Source: an uncultured Actinomycetaceae bacterium (GTDB taxonomy: Bacteria > Actinomycetota > Actinomycetes > Actinomycetales > Actinomycetaceae). From it: DNA of 47,029 nt. Numbering within the stretch: the stretch's first letter is position 1; each line of letters opens with the position of its first letter. The DNA lies in contig CAUTGT010000001.1 in the NCBI GenBank assembly GCA_963537735.1, positions 1 through 47,029 of the forward strand, read 5' to 3'. The notes beneath the pieces are model-generated. The model worked only from the letters and a program-made list of their open reading frames with translations, had not been told where the DNA came from and did not search any database. A program made the position numbers and the translations under genes. This document shows positions 1-7,904 of the stretch, piece after piece.

Positions 1-1148
1 CGGCCCTCACGGATGATGCGCTTGACGCGCGCGCGCAGATCCTCATCGGTGATGTAGTGCAGCAGCAGGGAGTCCGGGACTAGGGTGTAGAGAATCTCGT
101 CAGTCGCCTGGGTCTGCTCGCAGGCCTTGCCGTCGATAAGGTCCGCGACCATCGGGATCATCGGGTTCGCGCCGGCGGCGGCCATGTACCAGTTGTTGCG
201 GCCGATACGCGGGTTCACCTCAAAGAACAGTGCTCGTCCGTCGCGAGGATCAATCTTCACGTCGAAGTTCGCGAAGCCGCGGTAGCCGTTCTCGGTCAGC
301 AGGGCGCAGGCATCGTGCCACAGCGTCGGGAAGTCCTCGGTGATCATCGCAACGGGGTTTCCGATCATCGTGGGCGCGTGGTCTTCGAGGAGGACGCGCG
401 CCGAACCGATCAGCGTAACTTCTCCGCGCGAGTCCACGTAGGCGGTGATCGAGCGCATCGCCGTATTATCGCCGGGAATCAACTCCTGCACCAGGAATGT
501 ATCGCGGAAGCCCGCAGCCTTCAGGGTCCCCCACAGCTGGGTGAGTTCCTCGGCCGTGTCGATGAACCAGATCTTGCGCTTGCCCTCAAATTCCAGGACA
601 TCGTAGGGCTCGCCCTTCGCGGACTTAGCAACCACCGGGAAACTGAAGGGAATCTCGGGAGCGGCCCAGGCCTCGTCCTCCACGCCGGAGAAATCGACCT
701 CGACCGTGCCCGGCGTGGCGATCCCCGCACGCTCACACGCACGAGCAAACTCTGCCTTGTCGGTCAGTCGATCCATGACCTCCTCGGTGGGGAACGGCAG
801 CGCGTAGTGACGCGAGAGCGTCTCCATGTTCCGAGCGACGAACGCCGAGAAGATGTCGTGGTTGGCCATCAGGATGAGCTTCTTATCCGGATGCTCACCC
901 GCAATGGTCATGAGGATGTCCAGGAGCTGTGCGTCACTCGCGTGAGCACTCACGTGGCGGACATCAAAAAAGTGCGAACGTGTGATCGACTCCGTCGGCT
1001 GCGATCCCACACAGATACAGCGACAACCGAACGCTTCGTTGAAACAGCGCCCAATTCCGTACACTCCGAAGTCTCCTCCGATAATGACGGGGAGGATGTC
1101 TTCGCGGGGCATCAGCGGTCGCGTCTGAGTCAGATAGTCGATCGTCAT
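1..1148 (-). CDS. ATP-grasp carboxylate-amine ligase (D-aspartate ligase-like); 3' end runs off the window
   Basis: Manual minus-strand translation from ATG 1148: MTIDYLTQTRPLMPREDILPVIIGGDFGVYGIGRCFNEAFG...; contains LFFEVNPRIGRNNWYM. Missing from the ORF track because it has no stop in the window. Confidence 0.8.
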   Translation of the reverse strand, partial: MTIDYLTQTRPLMPREDILPVIIGGDFGVYGIGRCFNEAFGCRCICVGSQPTESITRSHFFDVRHVSAHASDAQLLDILMTIAGEHPDKKLILMANHDIFSAFVARNMETLSRHYALPFPTEEVMDRLTDKAEFARACERAGIATPGTVEVDFSGVEDEAWAAPEIPFSFPVVAKSAKGEPYDVLEFEGKRKIWFIDTAEELTQLWGTLKAAGFRDTFLVQELIPGDNTAMRSITAYVDSRGEVTLIGSARVLLEDHAPTMIGNPVAMITEDFPTLWHDACALLTENGYRGFANFDVKIDPRDGRALFFEVNPRIGRNNWYMAAAGANPMIPMVADLIDGKACEQTQATDEILYTLVPDSLLLHYITDEDLRARVKRIIREG

Positions 1149-1219
1149 GCCACAAGCCTAGCGCCTGGTAGGATACAGAACGTTCCCTGAGACCTCTCTC
1201 ACCAACACGGAAGTACATC

Positions 1220-2104
1220 ATGAGCACGCCCTATTCTCCCGAGAATCAGCAGCCTTACCAGCCCCAGCAGGGTGGATACCCCCAGCAGGGCGGATACCCG
1301 CAAGGTGACTTTGGACAGCAGCCCACCCAGCAGCTGCCTGCCATGGGCGGGTACGGGCAGCAGCCCACCCAGCAGATGCCCGTCGTGGGCGGCTACGGGC
1401 AGCAGCCCACCCAGCAGATGCCCGTGGTGGGCGGCTACGGTCAGTCTCAGGGCTACGGTCAGCAAGCCCAGCAGGGCTACGGCCAGCAGACTCAGCAGGG
1501 CTACTATGCTCAGGGCCAGTTCCAGGGCGCCCCAGGCGAGGGAGCACCTCAAAAGAAGAAGACGGGCCTCATCATCGGCATCATCGCGGCCGTCCTGGTC
1601 GTGCTCATCGCCGCAGGCGTCGCCATCTGGTGGTTCGTGTCCAACGATGACTCTTCCGACGACGCAGCTGCCCAGAGCGCCCCGAGTGCCGCGGCCCCCG
1701 CAGAAGGCGCCAATCCGACACCGCCTCCGGTGGGCCCCAACCCGTCGCAGCCGCCCGTGGGCTCCAACCCCTCTCAGCCTCCGGTGGGCACCAACCCTGC
1801 ACAGCCTCCAGTGGGCACCAACCCCTCCGCGCCTGGTGGCGGCTCTGATCCTGACAAGGAAAAGCAGGCCATCGCTGAGTGCATGAAGGAACTCAACGAC
1901 GACTTCACGAACGCAAACGTCTCGGACGCGAAGCTGGAACTGAAGGACAGCTACGGTGAGACCAAGTGGTGGGATTACGCCGGTACCGTCACCGGCACGA
2001 GCACTATCACGAAGAAGCCCATCACCACCCGTTTCACGTGCTCCGTGTTCTACTTCGGTGATACGAAGGAGTATTCCGCATTCGTCGTCGCTGAAGACTA
2101 CTGA
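1220..2104 (+). CDS. Gln/Gly/Pro-rich single-pass membrane protein (paralog 1 of 3)
   Basis: QQGGY-rich N-terminus, [19 protein letters not shown] segment, PPVGxNP repeats, C-terminal domain with two Cys. Confidence 0.8.
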   Translation: MSTPYSPENQQPYQPQQGGYPQQGGYPQGDFGQQPTQQLPAMGGYGQQPTQQMPVVGGYGQQPTQQMPVVGGYGQSQGYGQQAQQGYGQQTQQGYYAQGQFQGAPGEGAPQKKKTGLIIGIIAAVLVVLIAAGVAIWWFVSNDDSSDDAAAQSAPSAAAPAEGANPTPPPVGPNPSQPPVGSNPSQPPVGTNPAQPPVGTNPSAPGGGSDPDKEKQAIAECMKELNDDFTNANVSDAKLELKDSYGETKWWDYAGTVTGTSTITKKPITTRFTCSVFYFGDTKEYSAFVVAEDY

Positions 2105-2192
2105 CACGCAGCGGTATCTCCTCGTCGCGCCCAACGGCTACGACATGGCGCTGACACACGCTGACAGTTTCCGATAGACCGAGGGAGTCCCC

Positions 2193-2945
2193 ATGTCTAC
2201 ACCCTTCAACCCGGGCCAGCAGCCGATGCCCGGCAACGGCCAGTACCCGGCCGGGCAGCAGTTTGGCGGCGGCTACGGCCAGCAGTCCGGTCAGCAGATG
2301 CCGGGCGCGGGTGGCTACGGTCAGCCCCAGGGCTACGGGCAGCAGCCTCAGGGCTTCGGACAGCAGCCTCAGCAAGGCTTCTACCCGCAGGGTCAGTTCC
2401 AGGGAACCCCCTACGGCGGAGCACCGGAGAAGAAGAAGACGGGCCTCATCATCGGCATCATCGCAGCCGTCCTAGTTGTGGTCATCATTGCCGGCGTCGC
2501 AATCTGGGCGTTGAACAAGGACGACTCCGACCCTGGTTCGTCCGGCGTGCCGAGTGTTCCCTCTCAGGGCTCCGCCCCATCGGCGGGCACCAACCCGATG
2601 CAGCCGCCTGTGGGCGCCAACCCGTCGCAACCGGCTGCTGGCACCAACCCATCGCAGGGGACCGCACCCGGGAATGGGAACGGTGGGCAGGGCGACCTAC
2701 AGCAGAAGATTGCTTCGATGTGTAAAGAAGAAATCAATAAGAAATTTACAAACGCCAACATCTCGAATGAGAACTTTACGCAGCCGGAGGTGCTCCCCAA
2801 CGGTCAGAAGCAAATCTACACCGGCATCGTGAGCGGAACCGAGACATCAACGAACAAGACTGGACGCTGGGAGTTCACATGTAACGGCTACTACATTAAA
2901 GACATCAACGATTACACCGGCTGGATAACCTACAAGGAAGCCTAA
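2193..2945 (+). CDS. Gln/Gly/Pro-rich single-pass membrane protein (paralog 2 of 3)
   Basis: Same architecture: GQFQGTP...[22 protein letters not shown]...FTC. Confidence 0.8.
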   Translation: MSTPFNPGQQPMPGNGQYPAGQQFGGGYGQQSGQQMPGAGGYGQPQGYGQQPQGFGQQPQQGFYPQGQFQGTPYGGAPEKKKTGLIIGIIAAVLVVVIIAGVAIWALNKDDSDPGSSGVPSVPSQGSAPSAGTNPMQPPVGANPSQPAAGTNPSQGTAPGNGNGGQGDLQQKIASMCKEEINKKFTNANISNENFTQPEVLPNGQKQIYTGIVSGTETSTNKTGRWEFTCNGYYIKDINDYTGWITYKEA

Positions 2946-3030
2946 GCCGTCATAATCGCGAGCCTGCACTGACGACTCGTCGCCATTTACAAAACCGACT
3001 GCCCCCACTCATTCATCACCTGGAGCACTA

Positions 3031-3753
3031 ATGACGAACCCCTACAGCCCCAACCAGCAGCCGGTTGGCGGAAACGGCCAGTATCCAGCCGGGCAGCAGT
3101 ACACCCAGCAGATGCCCGTCGCTGGCGGGTATCCGCAGCAGGGTTACGCCCAGCAGCCTCAACAGGGCTACTACCAGCAGGGCCAGTTCCAGGGAGCCCC
3201 GTACGGCGGGCAGCCGGAGAAGAGCAAGACGGGCCTCATCATCGGCATCATCGCAGCCGTCGTGGTCGTGATCCTGGTCGCTGGCGTCGCAATCTGGGCG
3301 CTGACCAAGGACGATTCCTCCAGCAACGAGGCATCGGCCTCGCCGAGCGCTCCGAGCACCGCAGCGCCCACGTCCGCTTCTCCCACGGCCCCCAGCCCGT
3401 CGGCTCCCGCCCCTGCGCCGACCCAGTCCGCGCCGCCCGTGGGCACAAACCCCAGTCCTGCACCGACTCAGGGAACGGGCTCTTCCGGGAGCGTCAGCGC
3501 CGATGAGGAATACGGCGTGAAGAACGAATGCAAGTCGGCGCTGTCGCAGACGGTCGAGCAGGGCAAGCTCGAGAACTGGACAGTCCAGCGCGACGGGGTG
3601 GATGCTAGCGGGCGTCCTCAGTACCTGTCGAAGGGCCAGTTCAACGGCACTCTTCTCACGGGCAAGAGCGGCACCTTCAACTTTACGTGCACAGTCATCT
3701 ACCACCAGGAGAACGGCCTGTACGAGGCCTGGGCTTCGATCGACGCCTACTAA
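3031..3753 (+). CDS. Gln/Gly/Pro-rich single-pass membrane protein (paralog 3 of 3)
   Basis: Same architecture: GQFQGAP...[20 protein letters not shown]...FTC. Confidence 0.8.
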   Translation: MTNPYSPNQQPVGGNGQYPAGQQYTQQMPVAGGYPQQGYAQQPQQGYYQQGQFQGAPYGGQPEKSKTGLIIGIIAAVVVVILVAGVAIWALTKDDSSSNEASASPSAPSTAAPTSASPTAPSPSAPAPAPTQSAPPVGTNPSPAPTQGTGSSGSVSADEEYGVKNECKSALSQTVEQGKLENWTVQRDGVDASGRPQYLSKGQFNGTLLTGKSGTFNFTCTVIYHQENGLYEAWASIDAY

Positions 3754-3774
3754 ACCGAACAACCGACACGCGCG

Positions 3775-5541
3775 ATGATCATCCACCCCGAGCTACTTCC
3801 TAGCAAGCTCTACGCGGCGCAGCCCTGGTGGAAGAACGCCGTGCTGTACCAGGTCTATCCCCGTTCGTTCCAAGATACGAACGGGGATGGGCTCGGAGAC
3901 CTTGAGGGGATTATCCACCGCCTCGACTACCTAGCTGAGCTGGGTGTCGATATCGTGTGGATATCGCCGATCTACCGCTCCCCTCAAGCGGATAACGGCT
4001 ACGACATCTCGGACTACCGCGACATCGATCCCTTATTCGGCAATCTCGAGGCTTTCGATACCCTCGTCGCCCGTGCCCACGACCTGGGTATGCGCATCGT
4101 CATGGACCTCGTTGTCAACCACACGTCGATCGAGCACCCCTGGTTCGTTGAGTCGGCATCGAGCGTCGACTCGGAGCGCCGAGATTGGTACTACTGGCGT
4201 GATCCGCGCCCTGGCTTTGCCCCTGGCGCTCCCGGTGCTGAGCCGACGAACTGGGAGTCGTTTTTCGGCGGGCCGGCGTGGGAGTACGACGCGTCCACGG
4301 GCCAGTACTACCTCCACCTTTTCGCACGCGAGCAGCCCGACTTGAACTGGGAGAATCCGCAGGTTCGTGACGCCGTCTACGACATGATGAACTGGTGGCT
4401 CGACCGCGGGGTCGATGGCTTCCGGGTCGACGCGATCGACGTCATTTCGAAGCTGCCGGGCCTGCCCGATGGCGGGCCGGCGCGCCCTCCGTTCGGGGTC
4501 GGCCACGAGTGTTTCGCCGACGGGCCTCGTCTCCACGAATTCCTGCAGGAGATGCACGAGCGGACGTTCGCCCACCATCCCGGGTCGTTTACGGTCGGCG
4601 AGGCCTCGAACGCGTCACCGGAGACAGCACTGCTGTTTTGCGATCCCGAGCGCCGCGAGTTCAACATGCTCATCCAGTTCGAGCACGTCAATATCGGCCT
4701 CGAAAACGGCAAATTTTCACCCCGCAACTTGGCACCCGGGGAACTGGCGGATGTCCTCACCCGCTGGCAGGACACGCTCGGGACGCGCGGATGGAACGCG
4801 CTGTACCTGGAGAACCACGACCAGCCGCGCTCGGTATCCCGTTTCGGCGATCCTTCGCAGTACTGGTACGAATCGGCGACGGCTCTAGCGACCGCCTATT
4901 TCCTCCAGCGCGGTACCCCCTTCATCTATCAGGGCCAGGAGATCGGTATGCTCGGCGGGGATTTTAAGACCGCAGCCGATCTGCGAGATGTCGAATCCGT
5001 GTCGTACATGAAACGCCTAGGGGTTGACGAGGTGCCCGAGGGGCTCTCCGCGATGTCGAGGGACAACGGGCGGACCCCGATGCAGTGGGACCCCTCCCCC
5101 GCTGCCGGCTTCTCTGAGGCAGTCCCGTGGATTGACGTGCCCGCTTCAGCCGAGCAGATTAACGTCGCAGCGCAGGCGGAAGATCCGCAGTCGATACTGG
5201 CCTACTACCGCGCGCTCATCAGCGCTCGCCACGTCATCCCCGCGCTGACCGATGGAACGTTCACACGGATAGACGCGTCAGCACCCGCGCTCTTCGTCTA
5301 CCGGCGCAGCACCCCGGGTTCGGAGGTCCTCGTGATGGCCAATCTGTCCGGGGAGCACACAACTCCCCTCTTCTCCCCCGAGGACGAGGCCGTGGCTTCG
5401 TTGCCGTGGCGCCTCTACCTGGGCAATATGGACACGTCGTTCGTCGAGACGGATGACGCCGGCGACCGCGTACAGAGCGAACCCACGGTTATCACGCCAA
5501 TGAGGCCGTGGGAAGCACGGGTGTATCTCCTGGCCAACTAG
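3775..5541 (+). CDS. GH13 alpha-glucosidase / oligo-1,6-glucosidase family
   Basis: YQVYPRSFQD, DNGYDISDY, DLVVNH, QPDLNW, GFRVDAI (nucleophile), VGEA (acid/base), ENHDQPR, YQGQEIG, RDNGRTPMQW. Confidence 0.93.
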   Translation: MIIHPELLPSKLYAAQPWWKNAVLYQVYPRSFQDTNGDGLGDLEGIIHRLDYLAELGVDIVWISPIYRSPQADNGYDISDYRDIDPLFGNLEAFDTLVARAHDLGMRIVMDLVVNHTSIEHPWFVESASSVDSERRDWYYWRDPRPGFAPGAPGAEPTNWESFFGGPAWEYDASTGQYYLHLFAREQPDLNWENPQVRDAVYDMMNWWLDRGVDGFRVDAIDVISKLPGLPDGGPARPPFGVGHECFADGPRLHEFLQEMHERTFAHHPGSFTVGEASNASPETALLFCDPERREFNMLIQFEHVNIGLENGKFSPRNLAPGELADVLTRWQDTLGTRGWNALYLENHDQPRSVSRFGDPSQYWYESATALATAYFLQRGTPFIYQGQEIGMLGGDFKTAADLRDVESVSYMKRLGVDEVPEGLSAMSRDNGRTPMQWDPSPAAGFSEAVPWIDVPASAEQINVAAQAEDPQSILAYYRALISARHVIPALTDGTFTRIDASAPALFVYRRSTPGSEVLVMANLSGEHTTPLFSPEDEAVASLPWRLYLGNMDTSFVETDDAGDRVQSEPTVITPMRPWEARVYLLAN

Positions 5542-5714
5542 CCCGAGGAGGGCTGCCCGACGCGGCGACGGGCTCCAGGCGAGCTGGCGATGCGCAGTGT
5601 TTCCAGCACCCGACCATCACGCGAACGACTAGTGCCCCTCTCCACACGAGTATTGGTGTCGCATCACCACTTCTCAGCACACCGCCTCACCCACAAAGAA
5701 CACGCGGGTGGGAA

Positions 5715-5724
5715 GACCGTGTCT
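5715..5724. repeat. attL core GACCGTGTCT
   Basis: Identical to 45051-45060; joining the host flanks rebuilds a perfect 16-bp inverted repeat. Confidence 0.85.
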
Positions 5725-5846
5725 CTGCACAGGGTGTTTTTGGGTTTGCGGCGTGAGGGTGGGGAAATGTCTTGTTTTTCCGCCGAAAGGTCTGTTTTTC
5801 TGGCTGGCCTTGAATGGGCGTTAAATGCCGTTGCGTGACGTTGTGC

Positions 5847-5864
5847 GCGTGTCACGTGACACGC
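5847..5864. promoter_or_regulatory. Putative integrase arm-type sites (palindrome GCGTGTCACGTGACACGC)
   Basis: The GCGTGTCAC unit also occurs twice in direct orientation at 44969-44992 near attR. Confidence 0.65.
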
Positions 5865-5980
5865 ATCTAAAATCGGGGTCGCGGGGCACTGCGCTCGCGG
5901 CTGGTTGTCTTGACACCTTGCCTCACTCGCGGGCGTCGTGTGGGGACGCAGTTGTGGGCTTGCCGAGGTAGAATAGTGGC

Positions 5981-6149
5981 GATAGACCCCAGGTCGGGCC
6001 TCTGTTTTCACGCACAAATGACCGGGGCAATGATTGGGTAAACCGCGGCCCGACGCGAGAGACCCGGCCACCTGCGCTGGCCTCACATGCGCAAACCCCG
6101 CCGCCTCTGCAACTGATCGGGAATATCATTGCAGGGGCGGCGGCTTTTT
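5981..6149 (+). ncRNA. Candidate small RNA 1 (H-type pseudoknot followed by intrinsic terminator)
   Basis: TAGAAT -10 at 5969-5974; pairings GTCGGGCC/GGCCCGAC, GGCCA/TGGCC and TGCGC/GCGCA; terminator at 6098-6149; no credible ORF. Confidence 0.4.
6098..6149 (+). terminator. Intrinsic terminator
   Basis: 15-bp stem CCGCCGCCTCTGCAA/TTGCAGGGGCGGCGG (one G-U pair) followed by CTTTTT. Confidence 0.75.
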
Positions 6150-6158
6150 CTGTCACCT

Positions 6159-6187
6159 GGCCCACTAGTGGGCCGCTATGGTATGCT
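6159..6187 (+). promoter_or_regulatory. Repressor operator GGCCCACTAGTGGGCC overlapping a promoter (TATGGT, or extended -10 TGnTATGCT)
   Basis: Same operator plus GCTATGGT context as the early lytic promoter at 6639-6668. Confidence 0.65.
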
Positions 6188-6193
6188 GGCCGT

Positions 6194-6301
6194 AGCGTGT
6201 ACATATTGATACCCGGATCGGCTCCGGGGCTTGCCCGCGCGCACGGGCGTCCTAAACGCGCGAGACCCCACCAGGGCGCCTGCCTGGTGGGGTCTGTTTT
6301 T
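6194..6301 (+). ncRNA. Candidate small RNA 2 (hairpin, possible pseudoknot, terminator)
   Basis: Follows the operator-gated promoter; CCCGGA/TCCGGG hairpin; GCCCG/CGGGC stem whose loop complements downstream GCGC; ends in terminator with T tract. Confidence 0.4.
6263..6301. terminator. Intrinsic terminator, probably bidirectional (also directly after the repressor stop)
   Basis: 13-bp stem AGACCCCACCAGG/CCTGGTGGGGTCT followed by GTTTTT. Confidence 0.8.
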
Positions 6302-6569
6302 ATGCCTGGCCTGTTGCGAGCATGTTTTCGGCGTCGGCGAGGATTCGCGTCATCGATACGCCCAGCGCGCGGCACAGCGCTTCAAGGACTGTGACAGTCA
6401 TGGGCGCGGTCTGGCCCTCCTCGGCGAGAACTCGCATCAGTCGCGACCGGGAAACTCCCGACCGGGTTGCAAGTGTTCGCTGCGACATGCTTTGCCTGGC
6501 CATTTCGGCGCGTAGGGCGGCGGCGACGGCCTGCTCGAAGTCGTGGGGCTCAAATGCAGTGACATTCAT
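6300..6569 (-). CDS. Immunity repressor (XRE/CI-like HTH, 89 aa), probably leaderless
   Basis: LRAEMARQSMSQRTLATRSGVSRSRLMRVL HTH; divergent from cro; CATAAT -10 lies 7 nt upstream of ATG 6569. Confidence 0.8.
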   Translation of the reverse strand: MNVTAFEPHDFEQAVAAALRAEMARQSMSQRTLATRSGVSRSRLMRVLAEEGQTAPMTVTVLEALCRALGVSMTRILADAENMLATGQA

Positions 6570-6581
6570 ACCCCACATTAT

Positions 6582-6695
6582 GGACCAGAAACGGGCCACC
6601 TGGTAGGGACATTGTGCCCGTATTTTTCGCATTTCGACTTGACTGGCCCATTTGTGGGCCGCTATGGTTACTCACATGCGGCCCAAAAGTGGGCC
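6582..6695. promoter_or_regulatory. Genetic switch: three GGCCCA-N4-TGGGCC operators (6582-6597 imperfect, 6645-6660, 6680-6695) and rightward promoter TTGACT-N18-TATGGT (6639-6668)
   Basis: Palindromes read directly between the divergent HTH genes. Confidence 0.75.
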
Positions 6696-6717
6696 ACCCC
6701 GGAAAGGAGGAACACCC

Positions 6718-6945
6718 TTGAACACGGTTCAAAGCGATCTGAACGCGCGGATCATCAACTCCGGGGTCTCGATCCGCGCATTCGCCAAGCAGGTCGGGCT
6801 TTCACGCACAACCCTTGCGCGAAAACTCTCAGGCGAGAGCGACTTCACGCTAGGTGAGATCGCCACCATCAGCGCCGCCCTCGGGTATGAGACACCGAGT
6901 CGCTTCATGGCCGACGTCGAAGCTCGAACCGAGGAGGCCGCGTGA
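6718..6945 (+). CDS. Cro-like HTH protein
   Basis: TTG start after AAAGGAGG; SIRAFAKQVGLSRTTLARKLSGESDFTLGEI. Confidence 0.8.
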   Translation: MNTVQSDLNARIINSGVSIRAFAKQVGLSRTTLARKLSGESDFTLGEIATISAALGYETPSRFMADVEARTEEAA

Positions 6946-7202
6946 CTCGCATCCTCACCCTCGCCGAGGCCGCCGACATGCTCAGGCTCTCACCCGCCGC
7001 CGTTCGCCGCCGCATCCGCGACGGCCAAATCACGGCCTGGAACGAAAAGGGCCGGGCCGGGTGGCGCATCCCAGCCGACGCCCTGCAGGCCTACCAGGCC
7101 AGGCACGCCGCCACCGGCGAAGGCAGGATCACAGCGCGCAGCAACCGCAGCCAGGCGGCCCGCAAGGCCGCCGCCACACGCGCAGCCCAACGGGCCGCGT
7201 AA
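6942..7202 (+). CDS. xis: Excisionase / HTH_17-type DNA-binding protein
   Basis: LTLAEAADMLRLSPAAVRRRIRDGQITA...WRIP. Confidence 0.7.
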   Translation: MTRILTLAEAADMLRLSPAAVRRRIRDGQITAWNEKGRAGWRIPADALQAYQARHAATGEGRITARSNRSQAARKAAATRAAQRAA

Positions 7203-7245
7203 CAAGAAAAGAAGGGCCCCGCGAGGCTGCCACCCCGCGAGACCC
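7203..7245 (-). terminator. Antisense-oriented intrinsic terminator within the early operon
   Basis: 13-bp stem that pairs fully only on the minus strand (three G-U pairs), followed by TTCTTTTCTTG. Confidence 0.6.
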
Positions 7246-7273
7246 ACGCACGACCCAGGAAAGGAACCCAATC

Positions 7274-7495
7274 GTGCAGATCAACGGTACCACGCTCAAC
7301 AAGCGCCAGAAAGCCCTCATCGGCGGCGCGCTCCTCCGAGAGCAGACCCGCGCCACCGACGCAATGCGCATCATCGACATGACGGCGGTCCACCCCAAGG
7401 CCCGCGACCACGTCGCCGGGGCGCTCCTCCTCACCATCGATGAGATCAGCAACCTGATCGGCCTCATCAACGACGATCAGGAGGCCGACAAGTGA
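7274..7495 (+). CDS. Hypothetical phage protein
   Basis: GTG start after GGAAAGGA; stop overlaps the next start. Confidence 0.65.
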   Translation: MQINGTTLNKRQKALIGGALLREQTRATDAMRIIDMTAVHPKARDHVAGALLLTIDEISNLIGLINDDQEADK

Positions 7496-7752
7496 CCGAG
7501 ATGCTCATCCCCGCCAAGTACAAGGGCGACATCGACGCCCTGCGTTACGGCCACCACGGCTGGCACGGCTTCCGCCACCGCCTCGCATGGGCCGTCGCAC
7601 CCGAGTGCATCCGCGCCCTCATGATCGCCGGCCTCATGGTTGCCAACCACCCCGACGAAGTCATGAACGCCCTGTTCGAGAAGAGCCTCGCCGAGTACGC
7701 CGACCAGGCCGCACGCGACGAAGCCGAAGCCGACGAGGAGACCAGGCAGTGA
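7492..7752 (+). CDS. Hypothetical phage protein
   Basis: GTGA overlaps at both ends, RBS GGAGG. Confidence 0.65.
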   Translation: MTEMLIPAKYKGDIDALRYGHHGWHGFRHRLAWAVAPECIRALMIAGLMVANHPDEVMNALFEKSLAEYADQAARDEAEADEETRQ

Positions 7753-7898
7753 CCCTCGCAACCGTCGAATGGCTCCACTCCACCGTCTGGTGGATCAAGC
7801 ACCCCGGTCGCCCCTGCACCGACAAGCGCGTCCGCCGCCTCATTCAGGACGCCCGAATCAACGCCCTTGACCTCACCCTCGATACCGAAACGGACTGA
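7749..7898 (+). CDS. Small hypothetical phage protein
   Basis: GTG overlapping the upstream stop, RBS GAGGAG. Confidence 0.5.
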   Translation: MTLATVEWLHSTVWWIKHPGRPCTDKRVRRLIQDARINALDLTLDTETD

Positions 7899-7904
7899 TT
7901 AACG

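Noticed and set aside
315..1190. 291-aa plus-strand ORF in the track
   Set aside because: Antisense shadow of the ATP-grasp ligase, which carries the recognisable motifs on the minus strand
5700..5870. tRNA or tmRNA at the attachment site
   Set aside because: No cloverleaf, T-loop or CCA signature on either side of the att cores
6205..6235. Solitary CRISPR-repeat mimic (RNA anti-CRISPR)
   Set aside because: The hairpin does not match any repeat consensus I can recognise; it would need comparison with the host's own arrays
5664..6394. Track ORFs 5664-6086, 5923-6375 and 6197-6394
   Set aside because: No RBS or recognisable motifs; they cross att, terminators or the repressor gene
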